A stretch of 64,000 nucleotides of DNA from Azolla caroliniana (taxonomy: Eukaryota; Plantae; Polypodiophyta): NCBI GenBank assembly GCA_043228905.1, contig JBHGNT010000010.1, positions 2,480,001-2,544,000 on the forward strand, in the 5' to 3' direction. Below are positions 39,374-53,100 of this stretch, in pieces. The stretch's first letter is position 1. Each line of letters opens with the position of its first letter. The translations under genes and the position numbers were made by a program. The notes under the pieces are model-generated. The model was not told where the DNA came from. It saw nothing but the letters and a program-made list of their open reading frames with translations, and searched no databases.

Positions 39374-40088
39374 TGTCGTGAAGAAAACCGGCCTTAGGCG
39401 GAATCGGTGAAGAAGGTGTATGAACCGGCCCTTACATGCGGACACAAGTATTGATAAGGAGTACATAATTAGGAATAGGCCAGCTGATGTAAATATACTA
39501 GGTAGTAAAGATTTATTAACAAGGAAATCAATGCGTTCGGACAGAGAATGAAGTGATGTGACCAGGATGTAACGGTCCCTCCCCGACGGCCTATAAAAGG
39601 AAAGGGGAGAAGATTGAAAGGGGTATCGTGTTTTGGGCAAGGACGAGGTGCTGACGGACTGGGAACCGAGCTCTCTCGTCCTTTATCTATCGTTATTCTC
39701 TGCAAGTTTTCTGAGTCGGTTGCCTCTGCTTCGAGGAAAGCCTGTGTGCTTCTGGCAGAGGCTCCACAATGTGCATGCGTGGGGTGTGATCGTTTGGGTA
39801 GGGTCTGTCGCCGGCTAGCCGGTTGTAATCGTTACTGACATTGTAATTGAATCTCCTATTTTCGTCTATCTGTGTTTCTGTGAGTCTCCCCTTTTCCGTG
39901 AGCGTGCTTCTTGTTCAGTCGGTATACACGTTGGTGGTTCATTCAGCCAGCAAGCGTTGTTGGTTGTAAACGGGCCTAACCAGCCCTACGCGTGTGCGCT
40001 TCTCCCTTCCTCTTCTTTCTCTTGCTCCTCGGTTCAGGCCTCCCATAGTCCCGCCTTATTTCCCACGTGAAAGCGAAACAACACGACA
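39374..40088 (+). mobile_element. Solo LTR related to the 31090 gypsy LTR
   Basis: TGTCGTG...CACGACA; reverse-complement similarity to 31090-31828; TATA ctataaaagg at 39591; flanks ACAT/ACGT. Confidence 0.88.
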
Positions 40089-41297
40089 ACGTGATCAGAG
40101 GAAGAAATGCAAAAGAAGAGAAGACACTACAATCAACATGAACACACAAATGGGTAGCTCGCTCCCTAGTGAAAAGCTAGACCGAAGCAATTATTCATCT
40201 TGGGAGTACAAGATGACCCAATACCTCGTCGGCCAAGGGTATTGGAGCTACATCAACGACGCTCAAGAAAATCGACCAGACCCAAAGAACGCTGACTACT
40301 CAACATGGGAGCAAGCGGCGAGTCGAGTCATGTATTGCTTGGCAACATGTGTACATGACCACATGCTTAGCCACATTCGAGACGCCAAGACGCCCAAAGA
40401 GGCGTGGGAGAACTTAAAGAAAATGTTCGCCACCAACACAACCGCCCGAAAGCTTAAACTCCGACAAGAGTTGAAAAACATTCGGCAAAAAGACATGTTC
40501 GTGTCAGACTACACTGCCAAGATCAAGAGCATTTGCGACTCGCTTGGCTCCATCAAAATAAACATCGATGAAAACGAGATGGTTCAAGTATGGTTGGGCG
40601 GCCTCGCAGAACTATTCGACTCGTTGAGGACGGTAATCTTAGCGAGGGAAAATCCTCATTCGTTCTTCGACCTTCAATCAATGCTAATGGTTGAAGAGAA
40701 CCACCTCCAAACCAAAACCAAGACATCGGAAGGACAAATGTTCTTCTCGAATTTAGATGGTGACCGAGGACGAGGTCACAGTGGTAGAAGAGGCTAATTC
40801 GGCCCATCACACAAAGGGAACTCAAACCTTCACGGAAACCATTGAGGAACTTTCGGAAGAAGGGGGAGCTTCCATGCCGAACAAGGTCGGAAAATGAGGC
40901 CCGCAACTTGCAACTATTGTGGAAAAATCAGCCACCACAAGGAGGAGTGCCGAAAAAGAAGAAGTGAGTCAGCTTCGACAACTCGACAACTCACGAATTA
41001 CGCAACCAACTCCGAATACGATGACTACGGCGGACTATTCGTAATGAGGCATAGAGTGAACTCTATGTCGGCCTCCAACTCCGCAAGCACCTCCAATTCG
41101 GAAGATGTGTGGTTCGTCCATTCCGGCGCCTCACATCACATGACATCCCACAAAGAGTGGTTCAATGACTTGCATACACCGGACCGACCCGGCTTCATAG
41201 AGATGGGAGACGACACCACACATCCCATTCGGCACATCGGCAATGTCCCATTCGGGAAAGAAGGCGAACAAACTTGCATCAAGAATGTCTTGCACGT

Positions 41298-41941
41298 TGT
41301 CGCGGTCTTCCTCGCGGATGCGTGCAATGAGGTGGGGCCTCGGGGGTCTTGTACCGAAGAGCAAGAGACAAAGGAGAAGGGAAGCGACCCACTACGTGTG
41401 GGCGTAGATTCACAGGGGCACGGCCCTTCGACACAAAGACGCGAGGGGGGGACACCGACGCAGAGAGACACGAATGTATGTATATATATTAACAAGGACA
41501 AACAACAAGAAGCACGAAGTCGGTTACAACCGAACAGGCCGGCGAACAGATGCCGATGCCTGTTCGTAAACGCTCAGAAAGAAGGGAGTAGGTTGGAGGT
41601 GCTGCCGGAAGCACTCGGGCATTCCTCAGAGCAGCGCGAGCCTCCCGAAAACCTGCACAGAAAGAAGCTACGGAGTATGGAAGAGAGAGAAGCCTTCGGC
41701 CGACAACCCGACAACACTTCTTCCTCTCTCACCGCGATCCCTCCCCCCTCCTCGTCTCCCTCCTTTTATAGGCAAGGAAGGAGCCGTTTCCCATTAACTT
41801 CCTACATATCGAATCTACCTACCTAGGATCTTCTATGTACCTAATTCTCTCTTATGTACAACATAAGGCGTACGTGCATGAAGAGCCGGTCCCTACGCTC
41901 CGGTGCACCGATTCCGCTTGTGGACGGTTTTCTTCACGACA
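41298..41941 (-). mobile_element. Solo gypsy-type LTR interrupting copia pol
   Basis: TGTCGCG...CACGACA; perfect TSD ACGT; removing it restores KNVLHVPTITKNL. Confidence 0.9.
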
Positions 41942-44556
41942 ACGTGCCCACAATAACGAAGAATTTGGTCTCGGTGGGCCAAATCATGGAGCAAGGCATG
42001 CAAGTCCGCTTCAACAACGAAGGTTGTTTTATCGAGAAAGATGGCCGACTCATAGCCAAGGGACGGAGAGACGGTCGCATGTTCATCCTCGATTCGAACG
42101 AGGTGAAATTAGCCATGTATGCCAAAAGTCTCAAAACCGAGACAAGCATCGAGTTGTGGCACAAGAGAATCAGCCACATCAACCTCCAATGGCTCCGAGC
42201 GATGCAAACAAAGGGAGTTGTCATTGGACTTCTGACATTCGAGTCAAAACGAGTTGATCGAGCATGCAAAGTGTGTCAGCTCGACAAACAACATCGACGT
42301 CATACGTTCGGATGTATGGGGACCGACTCAAACGTCGACGATCAATGGATGTCGATTCTACATAACCTTCATCGACGACTACTCGCGCTACGCGTGGATC
42401 TACCCGATGAAGAAGAAAAACGAAGTGCTCTCCCACTTCCAAAAGCTCAAGGGCCAAGTCGAAAAAGAAACCGGTCGGCACATTCGATGCTTATGATCGG
42501 ATGGGGGCAAGGAGTACTTCTCCGATGAATTCACCTCCTACCTCCAAAGTGAAGGCATTCGAAGAGAATTCTCGTGCCGACACATACCCCAATAAAATGG
42601 AGTTGCCAAAAGGAAAAATCGGCAAATACTCGACGTAGCACACGCCATGATGCATGAGAAGCACATGCCGAATTTCTATTGGGCCAAAGCAACATCCACG
42701 GCCGTCTATCTCATGAATCGATGCACCACTAATGGAGTGCATGAGCTAACTCCATACGAGTTCCTTGTCGGAAGGAAGTCGATCCTATCACACCTCAAGC
42801 TGTTCGGAAGCATTGCGAATGTACGCATCCTGAACGAACAATGACAAAAGCCCGACGTGAAGTCAGAGGAATGTATCCTCATAGGATACTCATTCGAGGA
42901 GAAGGCATATAAGTGCTACAACCCTTCTACCCAAGCGGTTCGGGTAAGTCGAGACGTAGTCTTCGACGAGTCCGCATCTTGGTACACACTAGAGACAACT
43001 TCAACTCTGACTCCGCTCGACCTTGAATCCACTAAACAAGAGGTAGAAGATGGAGATCGCTTCGAACACATGTTCAAAGAAAGTATGATTACGACAAGGC
43101 TTAGTGGGCCACAAGAGCCCTCGTGCAACCCAAGCACGTCGCGACCAAGTACAACCTTGGACAAAGGCAAAGGTAAGATGCCCGAATACGAAATCTACCA
43201 CCCTGACGATAGTGATTTGGATGAGTCGGCTCTCTCACTAGACAGTGAGTTCGGTGTACCCATCATGCGGACACCCGGAGTAAAGAAGGCGCTCACATAG
43301 GTGAGTGAAAAACTTTGATGCTCTTCTAGAGAGAAGAATCCCGTCACTTGGCTCGACTACAGTGAGTATATGGCCCATCATTATGCCTTCGCGATGAAGG
43401 TAGCGGCCGAACAAGAGCCCGAGAGCTCTACAGAAGTGGCTTGTAACCCACGATGGGTGAAAGCAGTCGACCAGTTTCGCACGACAAGCCTTCATCACAG
43501 GCTTGAGGGGGAGGAACCGAAACTGCCACAAAAACGTCGACACCGAAAGAAACAATACCGGCCATCCAAAGCTGAAGCCGATTCAACCGAATCGAAGATC
43601 TTGCCACAAAAACGTCGACGCCGAAAGAAACAATACCTGCCATCCAAAGCCGAAGCTGATTCAACTGAATCGAAGATCCGAATGTCGAAAGCTAAAGCGG
43701 ACATCGGATGCCCCGTACTTGAGCTTGAGGGGAAGTGTTGAGAGATCAAGCTCAACTTAGTTTAGTTAGTTAGTCAACCATGTAACTTCGTAGTTACCTA
43801 GATAGAATCTAGTTAGGAGTCTTGACTATAACGCCTTAAATAGGACCTTGTACTTAAGTGGGATATTCTAGATCCTCCACTCCCAAGTACATTTAATATA
43901 GGACTTACACTTTTGTACCTATATTATCCTCACACATGTGCACCGTTGCACATGAGATCTATATATACCTCATTGTAGGTATTTTTGTATTTGATGATGT
44001 TTTATAATATACGGGTCGAAGCACGCTACGGGGTACCAAAAAAGTACTGTTTTTGGCCACAAAAATTGTCAGTACTTTCAATACTGTTAGTACTGAATAA
44101 TTCAGAAAATAAATTAGAGAAAAAGAAAATCGATTTTGGAGAGTGGGGTGACTGTAGTACAAGTGTCATTTACTGTAGAAGGAGTGGGGGGAACACGTGA
44201 GGAGATGTTCTTCCATTTTGGGGGCTATTTTCCCCTCACGTCGATTTTGGCGCTTCCCCTCACGTCGTTTTGGCGATTCCCCTCATACTGTTCTTCCTCT
44301 ATCTCTCTGAGCTTTTCATCACAGACATCCATGTCACGTTTCTGATTTTCCTTCAATCTATATCTCAGACATCCATGTCTGGTTGGAGAGTTTGAGTTGA
44401 GGATTTCTGATTTTTTTAGGGTTTCTGTTTTTGTTAGGTTTCGGTTGAGGTACAGAGACTGTTCTGAGGGTTTAGGTAGCAGCCAATAGTCACTTCTTTG
44501 ACAACGACTTTCGTACTTCCACCAATTGCAGTTGATGTCGTGGTGATTTGGGGCTT

Positions 44557-44752
44557 TTTCCACCAAATCGAGGCGGCATTGGAGGTTCCTTCCACCAAAT
44601 CGAGGCGGCATATCCAACGCTCCCTCCACCATTGGAGGTTCCTTCCACCAAATCGAGGCTGCATATCCACGCTCCCTCCACCATTGGAGGTTCCTTCCAC
44701 CAAATCGAGGCGGCATATCCAACGCTCCCTCCACCATTGGAGGTTCCTTCCA
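44557..44752. repeat. ~53-bp tandem repeat (~4 copies) in the Sola left arm
   Basis: Unit ttccaccaaatcgaggcggcatatccaacgctccctccaccattggaggttcc. Confidence 0.9.
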
Positions 44753-45352
44753 TCCTTTTTTTTATTTTCAGTACTAAAATGTTTCATTTCTTCATATTTC
44801 AGTACTAAATTTTTAGAATTGACATTTGCCATATTTGATATGTAATTCTAATGTTTGAAACAAAATATTTCTCACTTTTTGGCCACTTTTAAAAACATTT
44901 GATTGTGTTTTCTTGGTTGAGTATATATATCCACGCTCCCTCCACCATTGGAGGTTCCTTCCATCCATTTTTTTCATTTTCAGTACTAAAATGTTTCATT
45001 TCTTCATATTTCAGTACTAAATTTTTAGAATTGACATTTGCCATATTTGATATGTAATTCTAATGTTTGAAACAAAATATTTCTCACTTTTGGCCACATT
45101 TAAAAACATTTGATTGTGTTTTCTTGGTTGAGTCTATATATCCACGCTCCCTCCACCATTGGAGGTTCCTTCCATCCATTTTTTTCATTTTCAGTACTAA
45201 AATGTTTCATTTCTTCATATTTCAGTACTAAATTTTTAGAATTGACATTTGCCATATTTGATATGTAATTCTAATGTTTGAAACAAAATATTTCTCACTT
45301 TGCAGGCCACATTTAAAAACATTTGATTGTGTTTTCTTGGTTGAGTCTATAT
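44715..45352. repeat. 211-bp tandem repeat x3 upstream of the transposase
   Basis: acgctccctccaccattgg recurs at ~44721, ~44932 and ~45143. Confidence 0.92.
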
Positions 45353-45407
45353 AACATTAACTACTTTCGCAAGACACTTAATTTTTGTGGATAAATCTAG
45401 TGACCGA

Positions 45408-48400
45408 ATGGGGGTTCCTAACGAGAGTGAGTTGTCAAGTAACTCATGCATATCTGAAAGGACTAAGAGACGAGTGGTTCTTCACATAGTTCGTTATTTG
45501 GTAGAAATAACGAAGAGATTTAGTGAAGAGGATCGTAGGGATATTATTTGTAGAGTGTTACACCATCAAAGTTTGAATGAAGACATGGAGAGAATAAAAT
45601 TTAGGGACCAATGTGTTTCAGAAGAGATTGTGGAGTCTATGAAGTCATCCCTAGACTTAGTGAAAGGTGTAGAGAGCTTAGACAAACTTGCTGCAAAGAG
45701 GGCAGCCCTACACATGGTTGTGAATGGTGTGAGAGAAAAAAAATATAGTGATACTAAAGTTGCCTTAGCCCTGGGTATTCAAAGAAGGAACTTGAGGAAA
45801 CATCGCCGAAATATACACTCAAGCAAATTCAAGTGGCTGGGGTCGGGACGTAGACGACGATGTGATGCCTTATCTCAAGAGATTATTGAGAAAGTGGATT
45901 CATTTTGGGCCAAAAATACGCGTGTCTCACCAAATAAGAAGGACGTGTGTAGACAACGAATAAGTCAGGGTATGTACCAGATTCACCCTAGACACTTCTT
46001 GGAGATGACAGAGGTATTCCATTTTTTTATATCAATTCACATTCCATAACTTTCTGTTTTGACCAAGTGTATATTAATGTTTGCTATATATATTGGTTGA
46101 TGTAGGCTGAATTGTACATGAACTTTAAAGACCAACATCCAAGCTTGACTGTCGGATTCCGCAAGTTCCAAGGTTTGAAACCATTTTATGTTAGAAAATT
46201 AAATGAGAGGAATACATGTTGTTGTGTGTACCATGTGAAGATGGACATGTTAAGGGTTTCTGTGAATGCAATGCGTACTGATTCTAAGGGTATACATGGG
46301 GAATTATGTGTCTGCACTTGTGAGATTTGTAGACCAAATGGGGAGGATAATAGGTGTAATGCACGAAACATGACTTATGCATCCGTTTCTGAGCTATGGA
46401 GGTCTTGTGTTTGTGAAAAAGAACCATCGTGTGAGTGGCATCGTCGTACATGTCTATTAAGAACATGTAAGGTTTGTCCGCTACCATTATTTTGTAGGCA
46501 GGAGCTTGATATGGGAAATAGTCATATCGTGAAATGGAAATATTTGGAGTATGTGACTGAAAATATTGGCAAGGGAGTTGTAACTAAGCGTATCAAGGAA
46601 GTATATAAGGAGACATGTGCTGCTACCCTTGTCTCAGAATTTAAGAAACAACTTGGGGAGTTTATTCCACATAACTTCCGGAGTTATTGGCAAAATTCAC
46701 AGTTCAAGGAATGTATTAATAACTTACCAACGGGTGTCATTGTATCCGTTATTGATTTTGCAGAAAACTATACATTTAAAGTTCAAAATGAGGTTCAATC
46801 AATGCATTGGTACAATGATCAATGTACAATACTTGTACATATTTGCTATTGGAGGCAAGACGGTGAGTTACATAAGAAATCAATATTTTACATTTCAGAT
46901 GATAAAAAGCATGATACACTATTTGTTCAACATTGTTTTAAGCTTCACCATGCAGATTTATTTTCTCTAGGGTTAACCTTTAACCGTCATTGGGTTTGGT
47001 CTGATGGTGCTGCCTCGCAGTTTAAGGCGGCACGATCGTTCTACTTTATCGCCAGGTAATTTTTAATCCATATGGTTAATACTTATCATGCAATGTGTAA
47101 GGAAGTAAATCTTGTGTTAGTGGATGCATACTAATTATGTTTGTAACTATTAACAAACAGTACTAGTCACATCGATGCATACTAATTATGTTTCTAACTA
47201 TTCGAATCTTGCACTTGTGAATGGATGCATGCATACTAATTTTGTTTGTATTATGTTGTACTAATTATGTTTTAATCCATGTGAAGTGTTCTCCATAGAC
47301 ACATTGTACTATGTTGTGTGTTGGTTCTGTACTATGTTGTGTTTACAAAAGGATGTAAAGTACTCATCTTGTACTTATAGTATTGTCCGTCCTTAAGAGA
47401 ATTGTACTAATTATGTTTTAATCCATGTGAAGGGTTCTCCATAGACACATTGTACTTTGTTGTGTGTCCTATCTGTACTATGTTGTGTTTACAGGAGGAT
47501 GTAAAGTACTCATCTTGTACTCATAGTATTGTCCGTCCTTAAGAGAATTGTACTAATTATGTTTTAATCCATGTGAAGGGTTCTCCATAGACACATTGTA
47601 CTTTGTTGTGTGTCGTATCTGTACTATGTTGTGTTTACAGGAGGATGTAAAGTACTCATCTTGTACTCATAGTATTGTCCGTCCTTAAGAGAATTGTACT
47701 AAGTATCGATTAATCCATGTGAAGGGTTCTCCATAGACACATTGTACTATGTTGTGTGTTGGTTTTGTACTATGTTGTGTTTACAAAAGGATGTAAAGTA
47801 CTCATCTTGTACTTATAGTATTGTCCGTCCTTAAGAGAATTGTACTAATTATGTTTTAATCCATGTGAAGGGTTCTCCATAGACACATTGTACTTTGTTG
47901 TGTGTCCTATCTGTACTATGTTGTGTTTACAGGAGGATGTAAAGTACTCATCTTGTACTCATAGTATTGTCCGTCCTTAAGAGAATTGTACTAAGTATCG
48001 ATTAATCCATGTGAAGGGTTCTCCATAGACACATTGTACTATGTTGTGTGTTGGTTTTGTACTATGTTGTGTTTACAAAAGGATGTAAAGTACTCATCTT
48101 GTACTTATAGTATTGTCCGTCCTTAAGAGAATTGTACTAATTATGTTTTAATCCATGTGAAGGGTTCTCCATAGACACATTGTACTATGTTGTGTGTTGT
48201 ATCTGTACTATGTTGTGTTTACAGGAGGATATAAAGTACTCATCTTGTACTCATAGTATTGTCCGTCCTTAAGAGAATTGTACTAAATCAGTATTTACTC
48301 ATGTTGTACTCATAGTATTGTACTCATCTTGTACTCACCAAAGCAGGTATTTCTCCTTATTCAATATTCGTATGCAATGGAATTACTTCGGGTCTGGACA

Positions 48401-49232
48401 TGGAAAAGGAGAGCATGATGGCGCGGGGGCTGTGATCAAACGTGCCCTTACAAGTGAGCAGTTGGATAATAATGGCGCTAAGTTACAAAATGCACATGAT
48501 GTTGTGCAGTGGCTAACATGGAAGATGTCAAATGATGGTAAGAACAGATTGTTTGTTGAAGTTCGCGCTGATGAGGTCGATAGAACTAAATCATATGGTT
48601 GTAAAACCGTGAAAGGGACACACAGCACCCATTGTGTGTTAGGGTTTAGCCGCAAGGACACAACCCAATTGTTACTCCGTAGTTTATCATGCTTTTGTTC
48701 CATGTGTCTAGATGAAGCTTGGGATAAATGCATCAACCTATCAATCGTGGAGCCCTGGAAGCTGCAGAAGCTTGAGCCTGAACTACAAGATGATATTGAA
48801 GAGGATGTGCATTCAAACGATATTGTATACTACAACCAAAATCAAGACTTGGCAGTTTTATTGGAAGTTGGAGATCATTTTGCAGTGCTCAAATATTCTC
48901 AGAATGAAGATTTAGAAGACTACTACATTGTGGTGTGCAAGCAAGGAAAGACATTATTGAAAGAAGTGGTGAGGGATGGTTGGGGCAACAATTTCAACGT
49001 TGGTGAGTCTGTCGTGTATGGAAACTATTATGCAAAGTTGCCGCAGTGCAAGAACACATATGCATTACTAAAAGAAGCACCCATCGCAATAATCTACGCT
49101 GATGCCATTCTTGCGATCAAATTCAATATGACTCAAGCAAAGCACAAGGTTAAGGGATACAACACTGTCTACAAGGTCCCCCAAGAGGTTCATGAGCACA
49201 TATTAGGGGAGGTCTCTCTATTTAATGCTTGA
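45408..49232 (+). CDS. Sola2-type DDD transposase, 3 exons, ~813 aa
   Basis: Exons 45408-46013, 46106-47055, 48347-49232 join in frame with no stops; motifs DFAENY, EVQSMHW, ISDDKKHD, WSDGAASQFK, WNYFGSGHGKGEHDGAGAVIKR; Cys clusters TCCCVYH and SCFCSMC. Confidence 0.88.
47257..48286. repeat. 146-bp tandem repeat x7 in transposase intron 2
   Basis: tgtactaa at 47257, 47403, 47549, 47695, 47841, 47987, 48133, 48279. Confidence 0.95.
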
Positions 49233-50182
49233 AAGTCACCCTATCAATACATTGTACTAGAAAACTGAAAAACATCCACTTGGAGTTCACTATTAATTTT
49301 GATGATTGACAAATGAATTGATATATTTCGTCTTTCTTCCAAAGGGTTTATGCCTCTCAACCACTTGTACTTAGTTGAATTCATTAAAGACTACTACATT
49401 GTAAGATTTTCTACTGTAAGTTCATTTTTCAAAGGGGGCGATGAATTCTGTGAAGACAACAATGAAAATTATTCTCTCAGAATCCTTTTTTGTTTCATGA
49501 TATGTCCTGTGAAGCCATCTGAGTTTTTACTTATTGTATATAAGTCCTGAATATCCAGGCTATGGATTTTAAAGTACAAACCTTCCTTTCCTTAACAAAA
49601 TAATCCAACTTCTGAAACAATAATTTGTGATAGCTCAAAAAGGTATGTGTTTCCTTACTACTGTTAGTGGATGATTCATCCTTTGGGATGATATCATCAA
49701 AATATGGCCCACATTGCTTCAACAATTTGCACACATTCTGGTTACCGTCCAAATGGGATTGATGAAACAGTCTATACTTCAGGATATCTTCAATAACACC
49801 CGATACTCGATATTTTCTGTTTCTCATCATCAACACCTAAAAACCTAAATTTTCCTAGCAAGCTAAGAAGACTTTCAAGCATTTTATCTACAATAGACTG
49901 AAAGACTTTGCGAGGATTAGGAGATGATCTCAAAAAAGAAACAAAACGTTGTAAAATAAGAATACTTAGATCAAAAAGTATATTCCCATTGTTTTTGATA
50001 TATGTTGATGAGCAAAATATAGAAGCAATCCTTAAACATGAACTTGATTTCACACTGGTATAACTATTTCAGATTCATGAACTGGATTTTTTACATTGGC
50101 AATTGAAACAATATTTTGGTATCCAAATAATTCAATTTCAGACATCACTAACAACTAAAGTTCAAGTACAATCGAAAGACAA

Positions 50183-53100
50183 TCAGGCACTAGAGGGTAA
50201 CTTGGCCGATCTTGTAATGCGCTTGTTGTTGGTGCCAGATTTTTCTGATTTTACATTCTTCTTTATCTTAAAGCCTTTAGGTATGAGCTGACTAAGTGGC
50301 ACTTCATCATCAGAGGCATCAGAGACAGGCGTGGATGCGCGGGCACCTTGTACTGGTGGCAAGCTTGAGAGAGCAACTATGTTTTCTGCAACTGCAATGC
50401 TTGTACACAAATCCACAAAGGTGCTGTCGATAGACAAATTATCACTCATCTCCTGAATGCTTGTACTCCTAGCGATCTTTATTGCCCTATCATCATCACC
50501 GATGCCTATACACTCGTTCTTATTAGACTCCTGTATGTGGACCGTGGCAGTAGTCATGGTCAACTCCTCTTGTACGATGGATGTCACCTCATTCTTAAGA
50601 CAACGTTGTTCGCTCTGAGTACAATCAGGCCCACCTTCATTAGTAACGTTGTTCACTCTACACTCCTCATGGGATTCTGTACAAACAGGCTTATCTTCAG
50701 GGAAAGCGATGTTCTTTCCACGATCCTCATGGGCTTCACAAGACACTACTAGCACATTCTCAGTACAATCAAGCTCCTCTTCATTGCTAGCAATGTTCTT
50801 TCCATGATCCTCATGGGAATCTTTAGATAGTACTAGCACATTATCAGTACAATCAGTCTTCTCTTCAGCACTTGCCACATTATCAGTACAATCAGTCTTC
50901 TCTTCAGTACTTGCCATATTCTTTCCACACTCTTCATGGGCTTCAATCTTCTCTTCAGTACTTGCCATATTCTTTCCACACTCATAGGCTTCTTTAGACA
51001 TAGTGTTGTTTGTACATGCCAGCTGCTCTTCACATATGAATGCTTCGTTTTTCTCACAATCCTCATGTGTGGAAGATGTGCTTCTAGAGTCTGCCTCCTT
51101 GCAAAGGTTAATTTGATTCTGACTCTGATGGGAATCTGATTCTGCACTTGTGCTCCATGAAGTTCCCGATTCATTTGATTGCAGTTGGGAATCAGACTGC
51201 TCTTGTAAACCTAATTAGTGGGATTCCAAAGAATATTGGTATGAACTCACATACTCAAAAGTTTGCAAACAATGAACATAGGGTTTAGGGCCACATTTTT
51301 ACCTAATGTTACATCGTCATACTGTACAGCCGTAGATACCCCATTGCAAGTGGTGGGCTCAGTCATCTTCTCCACAACATCTAGGTGCTCAACAGTGTTG
51401 TTATGATCTATAATAACAACAAGAATAGGGTTGTTATGAGCTAAATCATTGTTTTCAAAGTCTGGCTTTTGACGTGTACCTGGGAGTGTGATAAATTCGT
51501 CTTCATGATCAGGTTTTGGACTCGTATCTCCGTCACCAAATATCATTTCATCATCAGCTAGTAACACAAGTACATGGTATTAGACAATGGATTAGGTTGA
51601 CAATGCTCCAGACAAGTGAGAACTTATATGACTCACCATTGCATTCAACTTTGCCTTTCTTGCCGTTTCCATACAACATTCTTGCAGCATTTCTCTTCTT
51701 ACTGGGCTCTATTTGTAAAGAAACTGCATTTCTCTTCTTAGTGGGCTCTATTTCTTGATGTTGACCGGAGCTTGGGGAATTTGTTTGTAGAAGCATATGT
51801 TCCACTGCTCCAATGGCCCTTCTCATACATTCATCCTCATCATAAAAATCATAGGTTATTGGTAATGATGGTCCCTGAACCTTGGAATGTGCAGCAGATA
51901 TTGAGGGTTTAGGCACAGGGGCTGGTTGTTCCGTTACCTTCCCTGGCGTGGAGTTGCTTGACACTACAACATTCATTGCAAGAAACAAAAAAACCTTGAA
52001 TGTTAGTACCATCATCTAAAATATATAATGTAGGTCACAAGAGCTGCTTCCCATTTTACACAATGTACCAGTCATGAACAATGTACTACTCACATAGTTC
52101 CTAAATTATTGAACTAGTACTAATAAGGAACACTGTACTGCTCACTTAGTTCCCAATTTACACGATTAGTACTAATCATGCACAACATACACAAGTAGTA
52201 CTAATCAGGCACAATATACTACTCACTTAGTTACCAAATTACACAAGTACTAATCCCGAAAAATGTACCACTGACTAAGTCAAATTAATAAGTAGTACTA
52301 ATCTTGAACAATGTACTACTCACTTATTTCCTAAATCACTGAACTAGTACTAATCCCGAACAACGTAATGCTCACTTAGTTCCCAATTTACACAAGTAGT
52401 ACTAATCATGCACAATATACTACTTACTTAGTTAGCAAATTACACAAGGAGTACTAATGCCGAACAACGTAATGCTCACTTAGTTCCCAATTTACACAAG
52501 TAGTACTAATCATGCACAATATACTACTCACTTAGTTAGCAAATTACACAAGGAGTACTAATCCCGAACAATGTACTGCTCACTTAGTTCCCAATTTACA
52601 CAAGTAGTACTAATCATGCACAATATACTACTCACTTAGTTACCTAATTACACAAGGAGTACTAATCCCGAACAACGTAATGCTCACTTAGTTCCCAATT
52701 TACACAAGTAGTACTAATCATGCACAATATACTACTCACTTAGTTAGCAAATTACACAAGGAGTACTAATCCCGAACAATGTACTGCTCACTTAGTTCCC
52801 AATTTACACAAGTAGTACTAATCATGCACAATATACTACTCACTTAGTTACCTAATTACACAAGGAGTACTAATCCCGAACAACGTAATGCTCACTTAGT
52901 TCCCAATTTACACAAGTAGTACTAATCATGCACAATATACTACTCACTTAGTTAGCAAATTACACAAGGAGTACTAATCCCGAACAATGTACTGCTCACT
53001 TAGTTCCCAATTTACACAAGTAATACTAATCATGCACAATATACTACTCACTTAGTTACCAAATTACACAAGGAGTACTAATCCCGAACAATGTACTGCT

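Noticed and set aside
44225-44845. Several overlapping ORFs in the Sola left arm
   Set aside because: Open frames arise from the 53-bp repeat, and the translations are simply periodic
51964-52015. Extra ORF2 exon at 52015-51995
   Set aside because: It would need a 31-nt intron; the acceptor at 51964 alone keeps the frame
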